Source of the DNA: an uncultured Peptostreptococcaceae bacterium
GTDB taxonomy: Bacteria > Bacillota > Clostridia > Peptostreptococcales > BM714
DNA length: 64,000 nucleotides
Assembly (NCBI GenBank): GCA_964484935.1
Contig: CAZAFW010000005.1
Span: 291 to 64,290, forward strand
Reading direction: 5' to 3'
In this document: piece after piece, positions 8,965 to 18,321 of the stretch
Layout: each line of letters opens with the position of its first letter
Numbering within the stretch: the stretch's first letter is position 1
Notes under the pieces: model-generated
Told to the model about the DNA's origin: nothing
What the model saw: the letters and a program-made list of their open reading frames with translations, nothing else
The model's database searches: none
Program-made: the position numbers and the translations under genes

Positions 8965-8969
8965 AATCG

Positions 8970-9884
8970 TCAGCTCCTTTCCTTTATCCACTCGTATATT
9001 GTTTCGCGGGTTTCAGCCCTGTTTGTTTCGTTTAAAATTTCATGGCGTGCGCCTTTGACGAGTTTCTTGGACACATCCTCGTATCCAAAGCCTTTGTAAA
9101 AACCGAAAAGAGTTTCGATGTCCTCTCCATTTCTGCCAACCGGGTCCTTCTCTCCCGAAATAAGAAGCACAGGAATTTTTTTTATGCCCGAGTCAATATG
9201 GCTCTTGCTGTTTATTTTGATGAGCCCTTCGAGCAAATCGCCGAAAAATCCGACCGTGCATACATATCCGCACATGGGGTCCTCTACATACTTGTCTACC
9301 TCCGAATCGTCCCTGCTCAGCCAGTCGAAAGATGTCCTGTTTGGAGAAAACGAATCGTTGAAGCTTCCGAATGAAAGCTTGTCCATCAGTTTGCCCGGAT
9401 TCCTTTTGCCTACAAAAACCTTTTGCGCATCCGCAAGAATCTTGGCAGGAAAAAGCTCCCAACCGCTTTTGTATGCCGAACCCGAAAGAATCACTCCGCT
9501 TGCTTGGTGCCCGTGCATATAATCCCTGGCAATGAAGGAGCCCATGCTGTGCCCCAGCATGAAAACCGGCACATCCGGGTAGGCTTCCCTTATCCGTCTG
9601 TTCACCAGACCAATGTCGTCTACGGCCTTTTCCCACCCTTTTTCGTCGGCGAAGTATCCAATGGTCCCGTTTTCCATCGCAGTGAGGCCATGCCCCCTGT
9701 GGTCCGATGCGAATGTGAATATTCCCCTTTCGAGCAGGAATTCGGCAAAACCCCCGTATCGTCCTCCATGCTCAGCCATTCCGTGTACAATCTGCAAAAT
9801 GGCAATGGGAACCGCGCCTTCATTCTCCCAAGCCCTGCAAAATATTCGAAAACCGTTTTCGTCGGTTATTTTGAATTCTCTCAT
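8970..9884 (-). CDS. Alpha/beta hydrolase (lysophospholipase / monoacylglycerol lipase-like)
   Basis: Nucleophile elbow GHSMGS, the HG motif at [12 protein letters not shown], and a length of 304 aa typical of the family. Confidence 0.7.
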   Translation of the reverse strand: MREFKITDENGFRIFCRAWENEGAVPIAILQIVHGMAEHGGRYGGFAEFLLERGIFTFASDHRGHGLTAMENGTIGYFADEKGWEKAVDDIGLVNRRIREAYPDVPVFMLGHSMGSFIARDYMHGHQASGVILSGSAYKSGWELFPAKILADAQKVFVGKRNPGKLMDKLSFGSFNDSFSPNRTSFDWLSRDDSEVDKYVEDPMCGYVCTVGFFGDLLEGLIKINSKSHIDSGIKKIPVLLISGEKDPVGRNGEDIETLFGFYKGFGYEDVSKKLVKGARHEILNETNRAETRETIYEWIKERS

Positions 9885-9973
9885 GCGGCACTCACCCCCG
9901 CTTTATTTATTCTATCTTTGGTCTTTCATTCCTTTTTATTTTTATCGGACAAGGTGCCTGTCCCCCTGTCCGA

Positions 9974-10002
9974 TAAAAAGCCCCGCGGAATTTTTCGCGG
10001 GG
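9974..10002 (-). terminator. Rho-independent terminator after the P-type ATPase gene
   Basis: CCCCGCG (9981-9987) pairs with CGCGGGG (9996-10002). On the minus strand it is followed by CTTTTTA. A second hairpin (ATCGGACA..TGTCCGAT) lies at about 9943-9973. Confidence 0.7.
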
Positions 10003-10030
10003 CGGATTTTATAATTCATTTCGGTTTTTT

Positions 10031-12790
10031 CTATTCAGTATCCCGAGCAATTCTGCGGCTTCGCTTGAATGCCTTTATCGCTTCGTGGAATGAAAGGAAA
10101 ATAAACGAAGCTCCGACCACAAACACCCAGTCCATTCCCGAAAGGGGAGCGAATCCTATGAATGAGTTTATGAAGGGCGTATATATTGCAATTAGAGTCA
10201 GCCCGATTGAAAGCACAACCGAAAAGAGTATTTTACTGTTGGTGAAAAATGTCTTGCTGAAAAAGCTGTCATATGTGTACCTTCTTGAAAGCACGTTCAT
10301 AAACTGGCAGAAAACTATGGTAGCGTAGCTCATGGTTGTAGCCCTAGCGTACAAAATGTGTTCTGGCGTAATTGCAACTCCCGTGCGCTTTATGAAGAGT
10401 CCGAAGTTTATGAAGGCCAAAAGGCCCATTATGAATCCAAGCGACAAGATTTCCGTCATAGAAGCCTTGCTGAGTATGTGGTCCTTGCGGCTTCTGGGAG
10501 GAGAAGTCATTATGTCCTCCGAACCCGGATCGAATGTCAGTGCCGTCAGAGGCAAAATCTCCGCCAGGAGGTCTATGGCCAATATTTGGATTGCGAGTAT
10601 GGGTATGGGCCATCCGAAAATGGCAACTCCCATGAGTCCCAAAAGAACCACTGACAATTCCGCCCCGTTGCTCGTGAGCGACGCCAATATCGTCTTCTTG
10701 AGATTGTTGTATATTGTGCGGCCTTCCCTTATTGCGTATACCATGGTCGAATAGCTGTCGTCCAGAAGAATGAGCTCCGCCGCCTCCTTGGACACATCGG
10801 TACCTATCCCTCCCATTGCCACACCTATGTGCGCGCTTTTAAGGGCTGGGGCGTCGTTGACTCCGTCTCCTGTAACAGCCACTATCTGGTCCTGGCTCTT
10901 GAGGATTTTGACAATCCTAAGCTTGTTCTCGGGCGAGACCCTTGAAAATATGAGCGATTCGCTTTTCTCCATCAGAGCTTTAAGCTCATCGTCGTCCATT
11001 TCGTCAAGTTCCTGCCCTGTGACGACTTCAACAGGACTTCCGTCCTTTGAAAGCGCAATCTGGTCGCCTATGGCCTGCGCTGTTATGGCATGGTCGCCTG
11101 TCATTATGAATGTTCGAATATGGGCGTCGTGGGCTTTCTCCATGGCTTCCCTCACGCCCTCCTTGGGAGGATCGGTCATTGCCATGAGGCCCAGGAACAC
11201 CACATTCCGTTCCATGTCTTCTATAACATAGTCTTTTTCATCTTCTCCCAGTTCTCTGTAAGCTATGGCAAGGACCCTCATTGCCTTTTGGGAATACTCG
11301 ACATTTAGCCTTTTAAGCTCCTCAATGTCGGCTTCACTTATTGGAACCATATGCCCGTCTCTGTATATGGACTTGCTTACACCAAGCACACTGTCCATAG
11401 CTCCCTTCATTGTGAGAACTTTCCTGTCCCCGAATTGCCTTACCGAACTCATCCGTTTTCTGACGGAGTCGAAGCTGAACTCGTGAAGCTCTGGGTTTTC
11501 CTCGTCCTCATTCGGGGACCGCGTGCCGAGCTTGGTGGAAGCTGTTACCATTGCGGCTTCGGTGGGGTCTCCTATTGCATACCATCCCGAATGGTTCTCG
11601 TCTGGCTGGTGTATTTCCGCATTCGAGGCCATCGTGGCGGCATCGAGCATTATTTCTATTTCAGCTATCTGGTCTTTGGTCAGTTCTCTTCCTTCGGAAT
11701 CCTTTATTCCCCCCTTGGGCTCGTAGCCTATGCCCGTAAGCTCATATTCCTCTCCATCAAACCAAAGATTCTTTACAGTCATCTCATTTTTGGTGAGTGT
11801 TCCCGTTTTGTCAGTTGAAATTACATTTGTGGATCCCAGTGTCTCAACTGACGACAGTTTCCTTATCACAGCGTTTTTAGCCGCCAGGCGGCCAACTCCG
11901 TTTGAAAGAGCCACGGTCACCTGCATGGGCAAGGCCTGAGGTACCACGGCAACGGCTATTCCGAGTCCATATACGAGCGCAAAATTCGTACCAAGCCCCT
12001 GGCTTATGCTTATGCCAAACAAGGCCACCCCTATGAATACCGCGAAAACGGCTATCTTGTTGGCAATGGCCCGCATCTCCAATTGCAGAGGGGATGATGA
12101 AGTGTCCTCCTCCTGGGTCATGTCGGCAATTTTCCCGAGTTCCGTTTCCATTCCGCTTGCAACCACTATGCCTTTTGCGTTTCCCGAAGCAACCGTTGTA
12201 CCCAGGTATGCCATGTTGTCCCTGTCGGCTAGTCCAACCTGTTTTTTTATGGTGTCCGAATTTTTTTCCTGGGGCATGGACTCTCCTGTCAGGGAGAAAT
12301 CGTTAGTCCTGAAGTTGAAGGCTTCCATTACGCGTATGTCGGCGGGAATCTTGTCCCCTTCCTCCATGTAGATAACATCTCCTGGCACCAGGTCCGACTG
12401 TGGGATTTCCTTGAGCTCCCCGTCCCTGTATGCTTTAGAAGGCGATTGAACCAGTTTTTTGAGGGAATCCATTATGTTTTCAGCCTTGTTTTCCTGAACA
12501 TAGCCTATGAAGGCGTTGACCAATACGATTATTCCCATTATAACCGCATCGTTGTAATTTCCTATCAGGACCGACATGAATGCCGCAACCATCAAGAGAA
12601 TCACCAGAACATCCTTGAACTGGTAAAGGAACATGAGCCATTTTGGTATTCTCAATTTTGCCGTAAGTTCATTCTTTCCGAACCTCTCAAGCCTTTCGGA
12701 AGCATCCTTGGAATCAAGTCCGCCTGATGCGGTTTCGAGAATTTCGAAAATTTCAACGGAACTCTTCATATAATAATCTGTTTTTTTCAT
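10031..12790 (-). CDS. Cation-translocating P-type ATPase (P2-type, Ca2+-ATPase-like)
   Basis: DKTGTLT phosphorylation motif, TGDGVNDAPALK, TGES and 10-TM topology. Start taken at the second ATG (12788-12790), which has GGAGGA 7 nt upstream. Confidence 0.85.
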   Translation of the reverse strand: MKKTDYYMKSSVEIFEILETASGGLDSKDASERLERFGKNELTAKLRIPKWLMFLYQFKDVLVILLMVAAFMSVLIGNYNDAVIMGIIVLVNAFIGYVQENKAENIMDSLKKLVQSPSKAYRDGELKEIPQSDLVPGDVIYMEEGDKIPADIRVMEAFNFRTNDFSLTGESMPQEKNSDTIKKQVGLADRDNMAYLGTTVASGNAKGIVVASGMETELGKIADMTQEEDTSSSPLQLEMRAIANKIAVFAVFIGVALFGISISQGLGTNFALVYGLGIAVAVVPQALPMQVTVALSNGVGRLAAKNAVIRKLSSVETLGSTNVISTDKTGTLTKNEMTVKNLWFDGEEYELTGIGYEPKGGIKDSEGRELTKDQIAEIEIMLDAATMASNAEIHQPDENHSGWYAIGDPTEAAMVTASTKLGTRSPNEDEENPELHEFSFDSVRKRMSSVRQFGDRKVLTMKGAMDSVLGVSKSIYRDGHMVPISEADIEELKRLNVEYSQKAMRVLAIAYRELGEDEKDYVIEDMERNVVFLGLMAMTDPPKEGVREAMEKAHDAHIRTFIMTGDHAITAQAIGDQIALSKDGSPVEVVTGQELDEMDDDELKALMEKSESLIFSRVSPENKLRIVKILKSQDQIVAVTGDGVNDAPALKSAHIGVAMGGIGTDVSKEAAELILLDDSYSTMVYAIREGRTIYNNLKKTILASLTSNGAELSVVLLGLMGVAIFGWPIPILAIQILAIDLLAEILPLTALTFDPGSEDIMTSPPRSRKDHILSKASMTEILSLGFIMGLLAFINFGLFIKRTGVAITPEHILYARATTMSYATIVFCQFMNVLSRRYTYDSFFSKTFFTNSKILFSVVLSIGLTLIAIYTPFINSFIGFAPLSGMDWVFVVGASFIFLSFHEAIKAFKRSRRIARDTE

Positions 12791-12844
12791 AATCATTCCT
12801 CCATGAGCATGATGCTTCCATTGCGGTCAAGGCAACCTCTAAGA

Positions 12845-12881
12845 AATATTAAAGAAATCCCGGGCAAACAACCTGCCCGGG
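12845..12881 (-). terminator. Rho-independent terminator after degV
   Basis: CCCGGGCA (12859-12866) pairs with TGCCCGGG (12874-12881). A T-rich tract follows on the minus strand. Confidence 0.65.
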
Positions 12882-12890
12882 CCCATTTCT

Positions 12891-13733
12891 TCATACTTCG
12901 TAGGCAACGATGCCTATCAATCCCGGCCCTGTATAAACTCCCATTACAGGTCCAAGCTGAGCAAAAAAACTTTCCTCGACTTTGCCTATTCCCTTAATTT
13001 TATCCATGAGCTTCAAAGCTTCTTCATCTGCGTCGGCGCTTATTACTGCGAGATTAAAGGACTTTCCGGCGTATTTGGCCTTCATGAGTTCGAACATCTT
13101 GTTTACAGACCTTTTTCTGCCTCTGACCTTTGAGATGGTATAGTAGACTCCATTGTCATTGATGCCTATTATGGGCTTGATTCCCAGCATTTCTCCCATG
13201 GTTCCTTCAACCAGCCCTATTCTTCCGCCTAGCTTAAGGTATTCAAGCGTCTTTACCACAAATGTCAAGTACTGGCTTTCTTTTGTTTTTCGGATTTTTT
13301 CCATTATCTTTTCCAAATCGTTGCTTCTTGCCCTTTCCTTGGCGGCTTCTATGGACAGAAATCCCAGACCGAACGACAGCGATTTTGAATCGACCACTTC
13401 TATGTTTAGACCCGAATAACTTTCGGCCACTTGCCTGACCATATTGTATGTACCGCTCAGTCCGGAGGAAATCAGGCTTATTACGACATCGGTGTAGCCC
13501 TCTTCCTTCAAGCGGTCCAAAAGCCTTATTACATCCCCCGGCAAAGGCAAGGAGCTTTTGGGAACCTCTTTGTCCAAATTGTCATATATTTGCTGCGGCG
13601 TTATGTCCAATCGGTCCCTGTATTCTTTTTCCCGGTAAATGACTCTGAGCGGAAGCATCTCTATTTTGTATTCCTCCATCTGTTCAATGGAAAGATCGCT
13701 TGTTGAATCTGTAACAATAGCAATTTTTTTCAT
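12891..13733 (-). CDS. DegV family fatty-acid-binding protein
   Basis: N-terminus MKKIAIVTDSTSDL and overall DegV-like sequence. SD AAAGGAA lies 9 nt before the ATG at 13733. Confidence 0.85.
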   Translation of the reverse strand: MKKIAIVTDSTSDLSIEQMEEYKIEMLPLRVIYREKEYRDRLDITPQQIYDNLDKEVPKSSLPLPGDVIRLLDRLKEEGYTDVVISLISSGLSGTYNMVRQVAESYSGLNIEVVDSKSLSFGLGFLSIEAAKERARSNDLEKIMEKIRKTKESQYLTFVVKTLEYLKLGGRIGLVEGTMGEMLGIKPIIGINDNGVYYTISKVRGRKRSVNKMFELMKAKYAGKSFNLAVISADADEEALKLMDKIKGIGKVEESFFAQLGPVMGVYTGPGLIGIVAYEV

Positions 13734-13876
13734 TATCATCGATTCCTTTCGAAGTATTCTTTCTGCTTTATATTACCATAATACCCCTAACCTAACAAGA
13801 TACGGCCGGTCCGGTCTTGTATTTGCAGTTTGATGATATATAATTAAACTACTTGATTATAAAGGAGCTGAATAAA

Positions 13877-14434
13877 ATGGGTTTTTATGATTTTTCCAAA
13901 AAGCACTACCTCATTAGCGCCGCATTGGGAGATAAAACATCGAAATTCACAAAAATATCCAAAAAATATCCCAAGAAGACTTTCCTGCGCAACTATTTCA
14001 AGCATATGCGTCGGGCAACCCATCAATTTGCCGACTTGCTGTACTCCTCAAACGACAAAAATGCCGGCAGCCTCATTAGCCTCGATGAAGCAAGGTCCAA
14101 AACCTTCGTGGATTTAACCGCCCTTTACTTCACAATCGCAATGACATCGAGAAAGGAAAACGTCAAACTGCTCAAGAGCATGAACCTTTCAAAGCCTTCT
14201 CTTTTGGGTGAGCTTTACAATCAACTCGAATTCGACTCGGAAGAAAGGAAGCTTGGAAAGCATTTTGCCAGCCAGTCAGCGCTTGACTTTTCAACCTTCA
14301 CTTCAAATTGGTGCAAGCTCTTTTATGAAAAAGTCCTCCGGCCTGAAAATCCCGAAATTTCACAAGAAGAAGAAGACAAGCTGCTCCAAATGGTGCACAG
14401 CAGTTTCCTTTTCTATATGAAAGCCTTCAGCTGA
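13877..14434 (+). CDS. Hypothetical protein (185 aa), no recognisable domain
   Basis: ORF with strong SD AAAGGAG 8 nt before the ATG at 13877. This is one of the few plus-strand genes. No motif recognised. Confidence 0.5.
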   Translation: MGFYDFSKKHYLISAALGDKTSKFTKISKKYPKKTFLRNYFKHMRRATHQFADLLYSSNDKNAGSLISLDEARSKTFVDLTALYFTIAMTSRKENVKLLKSMNLSKPSLLGELYNQLEFDSEERKLGKHFASQSALDFSTFTSNWCKLFYEKVLRPENPEISQEEEDKLLQMVHSSFLFYMKAFS

Positions 14435-14453
14435 CGCTGTCGCCGTATAGGCT

Positions 14454-15221
14454 TCAATCCAGTGAGTCAGCTTCTTCCTGCAGTTTTCCCTTGACAAGTG
14501 AAAATTCGATTTCCTCTTGGGTGCAAAAATCCCTTATGCTTGAGCTTTGGTCCGTAATTCCCGACCCCAACACGTTTTCTATGGTTTCAAGGGGAATGCC
14601 CCAGGCAATAAGCTCGGCAAATGTTGTCTTACCGGTTATAAGCCTTTCATCGGATTCTTTTTCGCCTTCTTCGTCAACCGGCTCTTGGGGTTCATCCGAT
14701 GAATTGTCTTCAACGCGATATCGGCTTACATCGATTCCGTTGCTTTCAATATAAAGAAGCTGTTCTTCGGTCAAATCAGCATTTTCCCTCAGAATTTCAA
14801 CCGCCTCCAAGGGAAGATAGGTGACTTCGTCAATTTCATATGGCAGGCCTGTGTAAAGGGCGGCAAAAAGCTTGACCGAACCGTTTCCGATTTCGGTGCC
14901 CTCCTGCTCCAATTCCCCATATATCAGTTCCAGGTCTTTGTTCTTGAAATCCTCCGGATCCGTGCCTTGAGGCAAAGCAAACGCCTCGATCAAATCCTCC
15001 GCAGGTATTCCGAAAGCTTCCGAAACATCCGAAAATGAATATGATCCCCTTATGTCCGCCGGATTTGGCATCCCCTCAAATTCTCCGCTTTCAAAAGCGG
15101 CAGGAGCCTTTGTCGATTCGGTCTGCCAATATCCCCCAATCAAAGACACGGCAACGCTTCCGAAAATCACAATAAATATCATAATCCCCAGCCATCTGCT
15201 GTCAATTTTCATCTCTGCCAC
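14454..15221 (-). CDS. Membrane-anchored acidic protein of unknown function, translationally coupled to the upstream polyferredoxin
   Basis: A single N-terminal TM (WLGIMIFIVIFGSVAVSLIGGYW) is followed by an acidic ectodomain. That domain carries two copies of a motif: SFSDVSEAFGIPAEDLIEAF and TFAELIAWGIPLETIENVL. The gene overlaps its upstream neighbour by 20 nt. Confidence 0.5.
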   Translation of the reverse strand: MAEMKIDSRWLGIMIFIVIFGSVAVSLIGGYWQTESTKAPAAFESGEFEGMPNPADIRGSYSFSDVSEAFGIPAEDLIEAFALPQGTDPEDFKNKDLELIYGELEQEGTEIGNGSVKLFAALYTGLPYEIDEVTYLPLEAVEILRENADLTEEQLLYIESNGIDVSRYRVEDNSSDEPQEPVDEEGEKESDERLITGKTTFAELIAWGIPLETIENVLGSGITDQSSSIRDFCTQEEIEFSLVKGKLQEEADSLD

Positions 15222-16029
15222 CTCCGGTTTTCAATTCCACAGTCTCCGGAACCGGACAAACTCCTTCCGAAGTGCATATCATGCAGCTTATGCATTGATG
15301 GTTTAGGACAGCTTTCTTTTGATCGACCCGTATATTCATGGGACACGCCCTTCCACATGCGCCGCAGTCAATGCAGGTTGAATCATTCCTTCTTATCTTG
15401 AAAATCCTGAAAAGATTGAATACTCCAAGAAAGGCGCCGAACGGGCAGGCGTATTTGCACCAAGGCCTTTCAAGGAAAAGAGATCCCGCCATTGTAAGAG
15501 CAAGAATTACCAAGGCCGGCAATGCAACCTCGCCGGTCCAGAAATTGAACATCGCATAGTAGGGATCGACATTTACAAAAAGAAGAACCCCTGATTTTGC
15601 AGTAACATATACTACCCATGCCAAAACCAAATAACGTAGATATCGCAATTTACCGTCTATAAAAATAGGCATGAATCTATTATATCTTTTTTTAAAAATC
15701 CTTTTGCCCAGCTTTCCGATCCATTCCTGCAGCGTGCCCAAGGGACATATCCATCCGCAAAATACAGGGCCGAAAAAAATAGAAAGTGCTATAACGGCGT
15801 AAAGCAGCACAAGTGAAGATTCATGGATTTTTTGCACAAAAAGCCCCGTGGAAATCTTCTGGTAAATGGTCACAACTCCTCCGAAGGGACAAAGCGCATG
15901 CAGGGAAGCCGCTGACAGGAAAGAAATGCCCCGCCCCGACTCCTCTAATCCATGATTGACCGCTATTGCAGCAATGAGTAAAAAGAAAAATATTTGTATG
16001 TATGACCTTTTTTTTATTGTTTTTTTCAT
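15202..16029 (-). CDS. Integral-membrane 4Fe-4S binding protein (NapH/MauN-like polyferredoxin)
   Basis: CGWICPLG and CKYACPFG membrane Cys motifs, plus two ferredoxin motifs: CIDCGACGRACP and CISCMICTSEGVCP. Confidence 0.75.
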   Translation of the reverse strand: MKKTIKKRSYIQIFFFLLIAAIAVNHGLEESGRGISFLSAASLHALCPFGGVVTIYQKISTGLFVQKIHESSLVLLYAVIALSIFFGPVFCGWICPLGTLQEWIGKLGKRIFKKRYNRFMPIFIDGKLRYLRYLVLAWVVYVTAKSGVLLFVNVDPYYAMFNFWTGEVALPALVILALTMAGSLFLERPWCKYACPFGAFLGVFNLFRIFKIRRNDSTCIDCGACGRACPMNIRVDQKKAVLNHQCISCMICTSEGVCPVPETVELKTGGGRDEN

Positions 16030-16166
16030 CTAAACCCCTTTCTTTATATTAATCCATGTCCATTCTTTGATATTTACCCTTCAAAATCGACATAACACAA
16101 AAAAATGGCTGTCAAAACAACAACCATTTTTTTGAATCTGTTTTAGTTTAATGACAGCCATGAGCG

Positions 16167-17450
16167 CTATGCAACGGTTCCCCTCTTTTTGTCGTAATTC
16201 TTGTACTCGCCTTTTTCGTAGATCTCCTTAACTGCCGAAATCACTTTCCAGACATCGTGATAGGATGTGTAAAGCGGTACGGGCGCCAAGCGTATTATGT
16301 TTGGCGGCCTGAAGTCAGGAACTACTCCCCTCTCTTTCAGAGCCTCGTTTATGCGGACCGCCTCTTCATGCTCGAGCGCCACATGCCCTCCGCGTCTTTC
16401 GTCTTCCGCCGGAGTTCCGACCGCGAATCCGTATGGAGAAAGCAGTTCGTCAACAAGGAACATCATATAAGACGTCAGCATAAGCGATTTTTCCCTCAGC
16501 CGCAAGGTTCCGGCTTCCTCGTAAAGCTTGAGGGAACCTTCAAGGGGAGCCATTGAAAGCATATGGGATGTGCCTATCTGCCAGCCCCCCGCGCAATGAT
16601 TCTGATGGAATTCATTTTCAAGGTCAAACTGCTTTTCCTTTTCGACTCCGTACCATCCAGCCAGTCCGACTTCCCTGTCGAAATGGCGTCTGTTAATATA
16701 GAATCCTCCGGTCCCGCCGGGACCGTTGTTGACATATTTGTAGTTGCACCAGAATGCAAAATCGGGGCCGTACTCTTTGAATTTGTGCGGCACAGCCCCT
16801 ATCGAGTGCGCGCAGTCGAAACCTATAAGCACTCCCTTTTCATGCGCCTTATTCGTCAAGTACTCCATGTCGAGAAGCTGACCGCTCCTGTAAAGGACCG
16901 ATGGAAGAAGAACGAGCGATAATTCTTCGCTTATGGCATGTGCAAGGGCCTTTTCATCGATCGTCTTGCCGTCGGCACTTTCAAATATGACGAGGTGGTC
17001 TTCGGGGCTGTATCCTTTTGTCCTCATGAAACTCTCGACCGCATATCTGTCTGACGGAAATGTGAGATTGTCCATTAGGATTTTTGTCCTTTTGCCCTCG
17101 GGCCGATAGAATGTCGCCAACAGCAAATGCAGATTGACAGTAGTTGAAGAATGCACCATCACCTCATCCTTTTCGGCTCCTATAAGGCCCGCAAGCCTTC
17201 CGGCAAGCATTTCCGGAAAATAGAACCAAGGGGTGTCCCCTCCCATCCATCCGTTGATTCCCAGAGTCTTCCACTCGTTAACAACCCTCAAAAGCGATTC
17301 TTCCGCATCAACGGACATTAGACCCAACGAGTTCCCATCCATGTAAATCGCATCTTCCAATAAATAAAACCTTTCTTTGAAGCTTTTCAATTCGTCAGCC
17401 TCATCCATTTCCAAAGACCAGCTTTCCTTTGTTGAAAATTCGGTTTTCAT
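16167..17450 (-). CDS. kynU: Kynureninase (PLP-dependent)
   Basis: 427 aa. The N-terminus (FYLLEDAIYMDGNSLGL), the FDCAHSIGAVP region and WCNYKYVNNGPGGTGG match my memory of the kynureninase family. Confidence 0.75.
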   Translation of the reverse strand: MKTEFSTKESWSLEMDEADELKSFKERFYLLEDAIYMDGNSLGLMSVDAEESLLRVVNEWKTLGINGWMGGDTPWFYFPEMLAGRLAGLIGAEKDEVMVHSSTTVNLHLLLATFYRPEGKRTKILMDNLTFPSDRYAVESFMRTKGYSPEDHLVIFESADGKTIDEKALAHAISEELSLVLLPSVLYRSGQLLDMEYLTNKAHEKGVLIGFDCAHSIGAVPHKFKEYGPDFAFWCNYKYVNNGPGGTGGFYINRRHFDREVGLAGWYGVEKEKQFDLENEFHQNHCAGGWQIGTSHMLSMAPLEGSLKLYEEAGTLRLREKSLMLTSYMMFLVDELLSPYGFAVGTPAEDERRGGHVALEHEEAVRINEALKERGVVPDFRPPNIIRLAPVPLYTSYHDVWKVISAVKEIYEKGEYKNYDKKRGTVA

Positions 17451-17477
17451 CGATTTCCTCCTTGTATTCCTTTTTTC

Positions 17478-17906
17478 CTAACCAAGATTGCAATTGATTC
17501 GTTTCAGGCTTTGTATGAGTTCTTTTTTGCCGTCATCGCTGATTCCATGGGTCATCCTTTGCTCGAAAGCTTCTATTGTTTCCCATGCGGCCTCTTGCAG
17601 TCCGGCGCCCTTGTCCGTAAGGCTGATCCGGTTTATCCTCGCATCCTCTTCACTGACCGTCCTCCTGAGAAATCCCTTTACGGAAAGCAAGTCGACCAGC
17701 CCCGTGAGTGTCGAAGGCTTTACATCTATGAACTCGTGTATTTGCTTCTGCGTCAAGACTCCCTTTTTCCAAAGGCAATTGAGTACCCTGAATTGCGCAT
17801 AGCTTATCCCCAACGGGGAGAGCGACAGATTGAGAAGATAGTTCGTTTTCCTAGCTATTTCCTGTATGAAATAGCCGGAGTGGTTGCTGAATTCGTTTTG
17901 CGCCAT
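17478..17906 (-). CDS. MarR family transcriptional regulator
   Basis: Winged-HTH region ISYAQFRVLNCLWKKGVLTQKQIHEFIDVKPSTLTGLVDLLSVKGFLRR. Start moved to MAQNEF (ATG 17904-17906, GGAGG 9 nt upstream). Confidence 0.8.
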   Translation of the reverse strand: MAQNEFSNHSGYFIQEIARKTNYLLNLSLSPLGISYAQFRVLNCLWKKGVLTQKQIHEFIDVKPSTLTGLVDLLSVKGFLRRTVSEEDARINRISLTDKGAGLQEAAWETIEAFEQRMTHGISDDGKKELIQSLKRINCNLG

Positions 17907-17953
17907 ATTATTTAGCCTCCTAAACAATATTGTAAATCAAAATTCCCGCTCGG

Positions 17954-18319
17954 TCAATCCGTTTTAGGCCTTTCGGAAAAACCCAGGACTTCACCGCATT
18001 CAAGCCCCAGCCTTTCCGCGCTTCCTGACGGCATTTCCATCACCGACCTGCCATTTTTATATATGCCGCTTACAGACCATGGCTTGAGGTTCTTTTCAAC
18101 GGCAAGTATGCAGCCGTTTTTGTCAAGAAAGACCGCGTCGATAGGCATCTTCATGAAAAACATGTGTATCGATTTGCACGGCTCTATAAGAAGAGCCTCA
18201 GCCCCGACATCAGATTTGCCCATCAGCCCCAGGAATCTTTCCATGAAATTTTCTGTCATGTTTATATCATTTATTATGCGCTCTTTGCGTTTTTCTGAAT
18301 AAGCCGTCAATTTTTTCAT
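17954..18319 (-). CDS. DUF192 domain protein (last gene of the Tad operon)
   Basis: FLGLMGK...IEPCKSIHMFFMKMPIDAVFLDKNG...ME(M)P pattern typical of DUF192/COG1430. The gene lies 2 nt after tadC. Confidence 0.65.
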   Translation of the reverse strand: MKKLTAYSEKRKERIINDINMTENFMERFLGLMGKSDVGAEALLIEPCKSIHMFFMKMPIDAVFLDKNGCILAVEKNLKPWSVSGIYKNGRSVMEMPSGSAERLGLECGEVLGFSERPKTD

Positions 18320-18321
18320 TT

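Noticed and set aside
9423-10328. 301-aa plus-strand ORF, and similar long antisense ORFs (26481..27104, 56049..56864, 59232..60038, 60307..60855, 47365..47997)
   Set aside because: Each lies entirely antisense to a gene with strong family motifs (hydrolase/ATPase, rsgI, EAL, SDR, pgeF, thpR). The translations are Ser/Pro/Arg/Leu-rich and lack SDs. They are compositional shadow ORFs.
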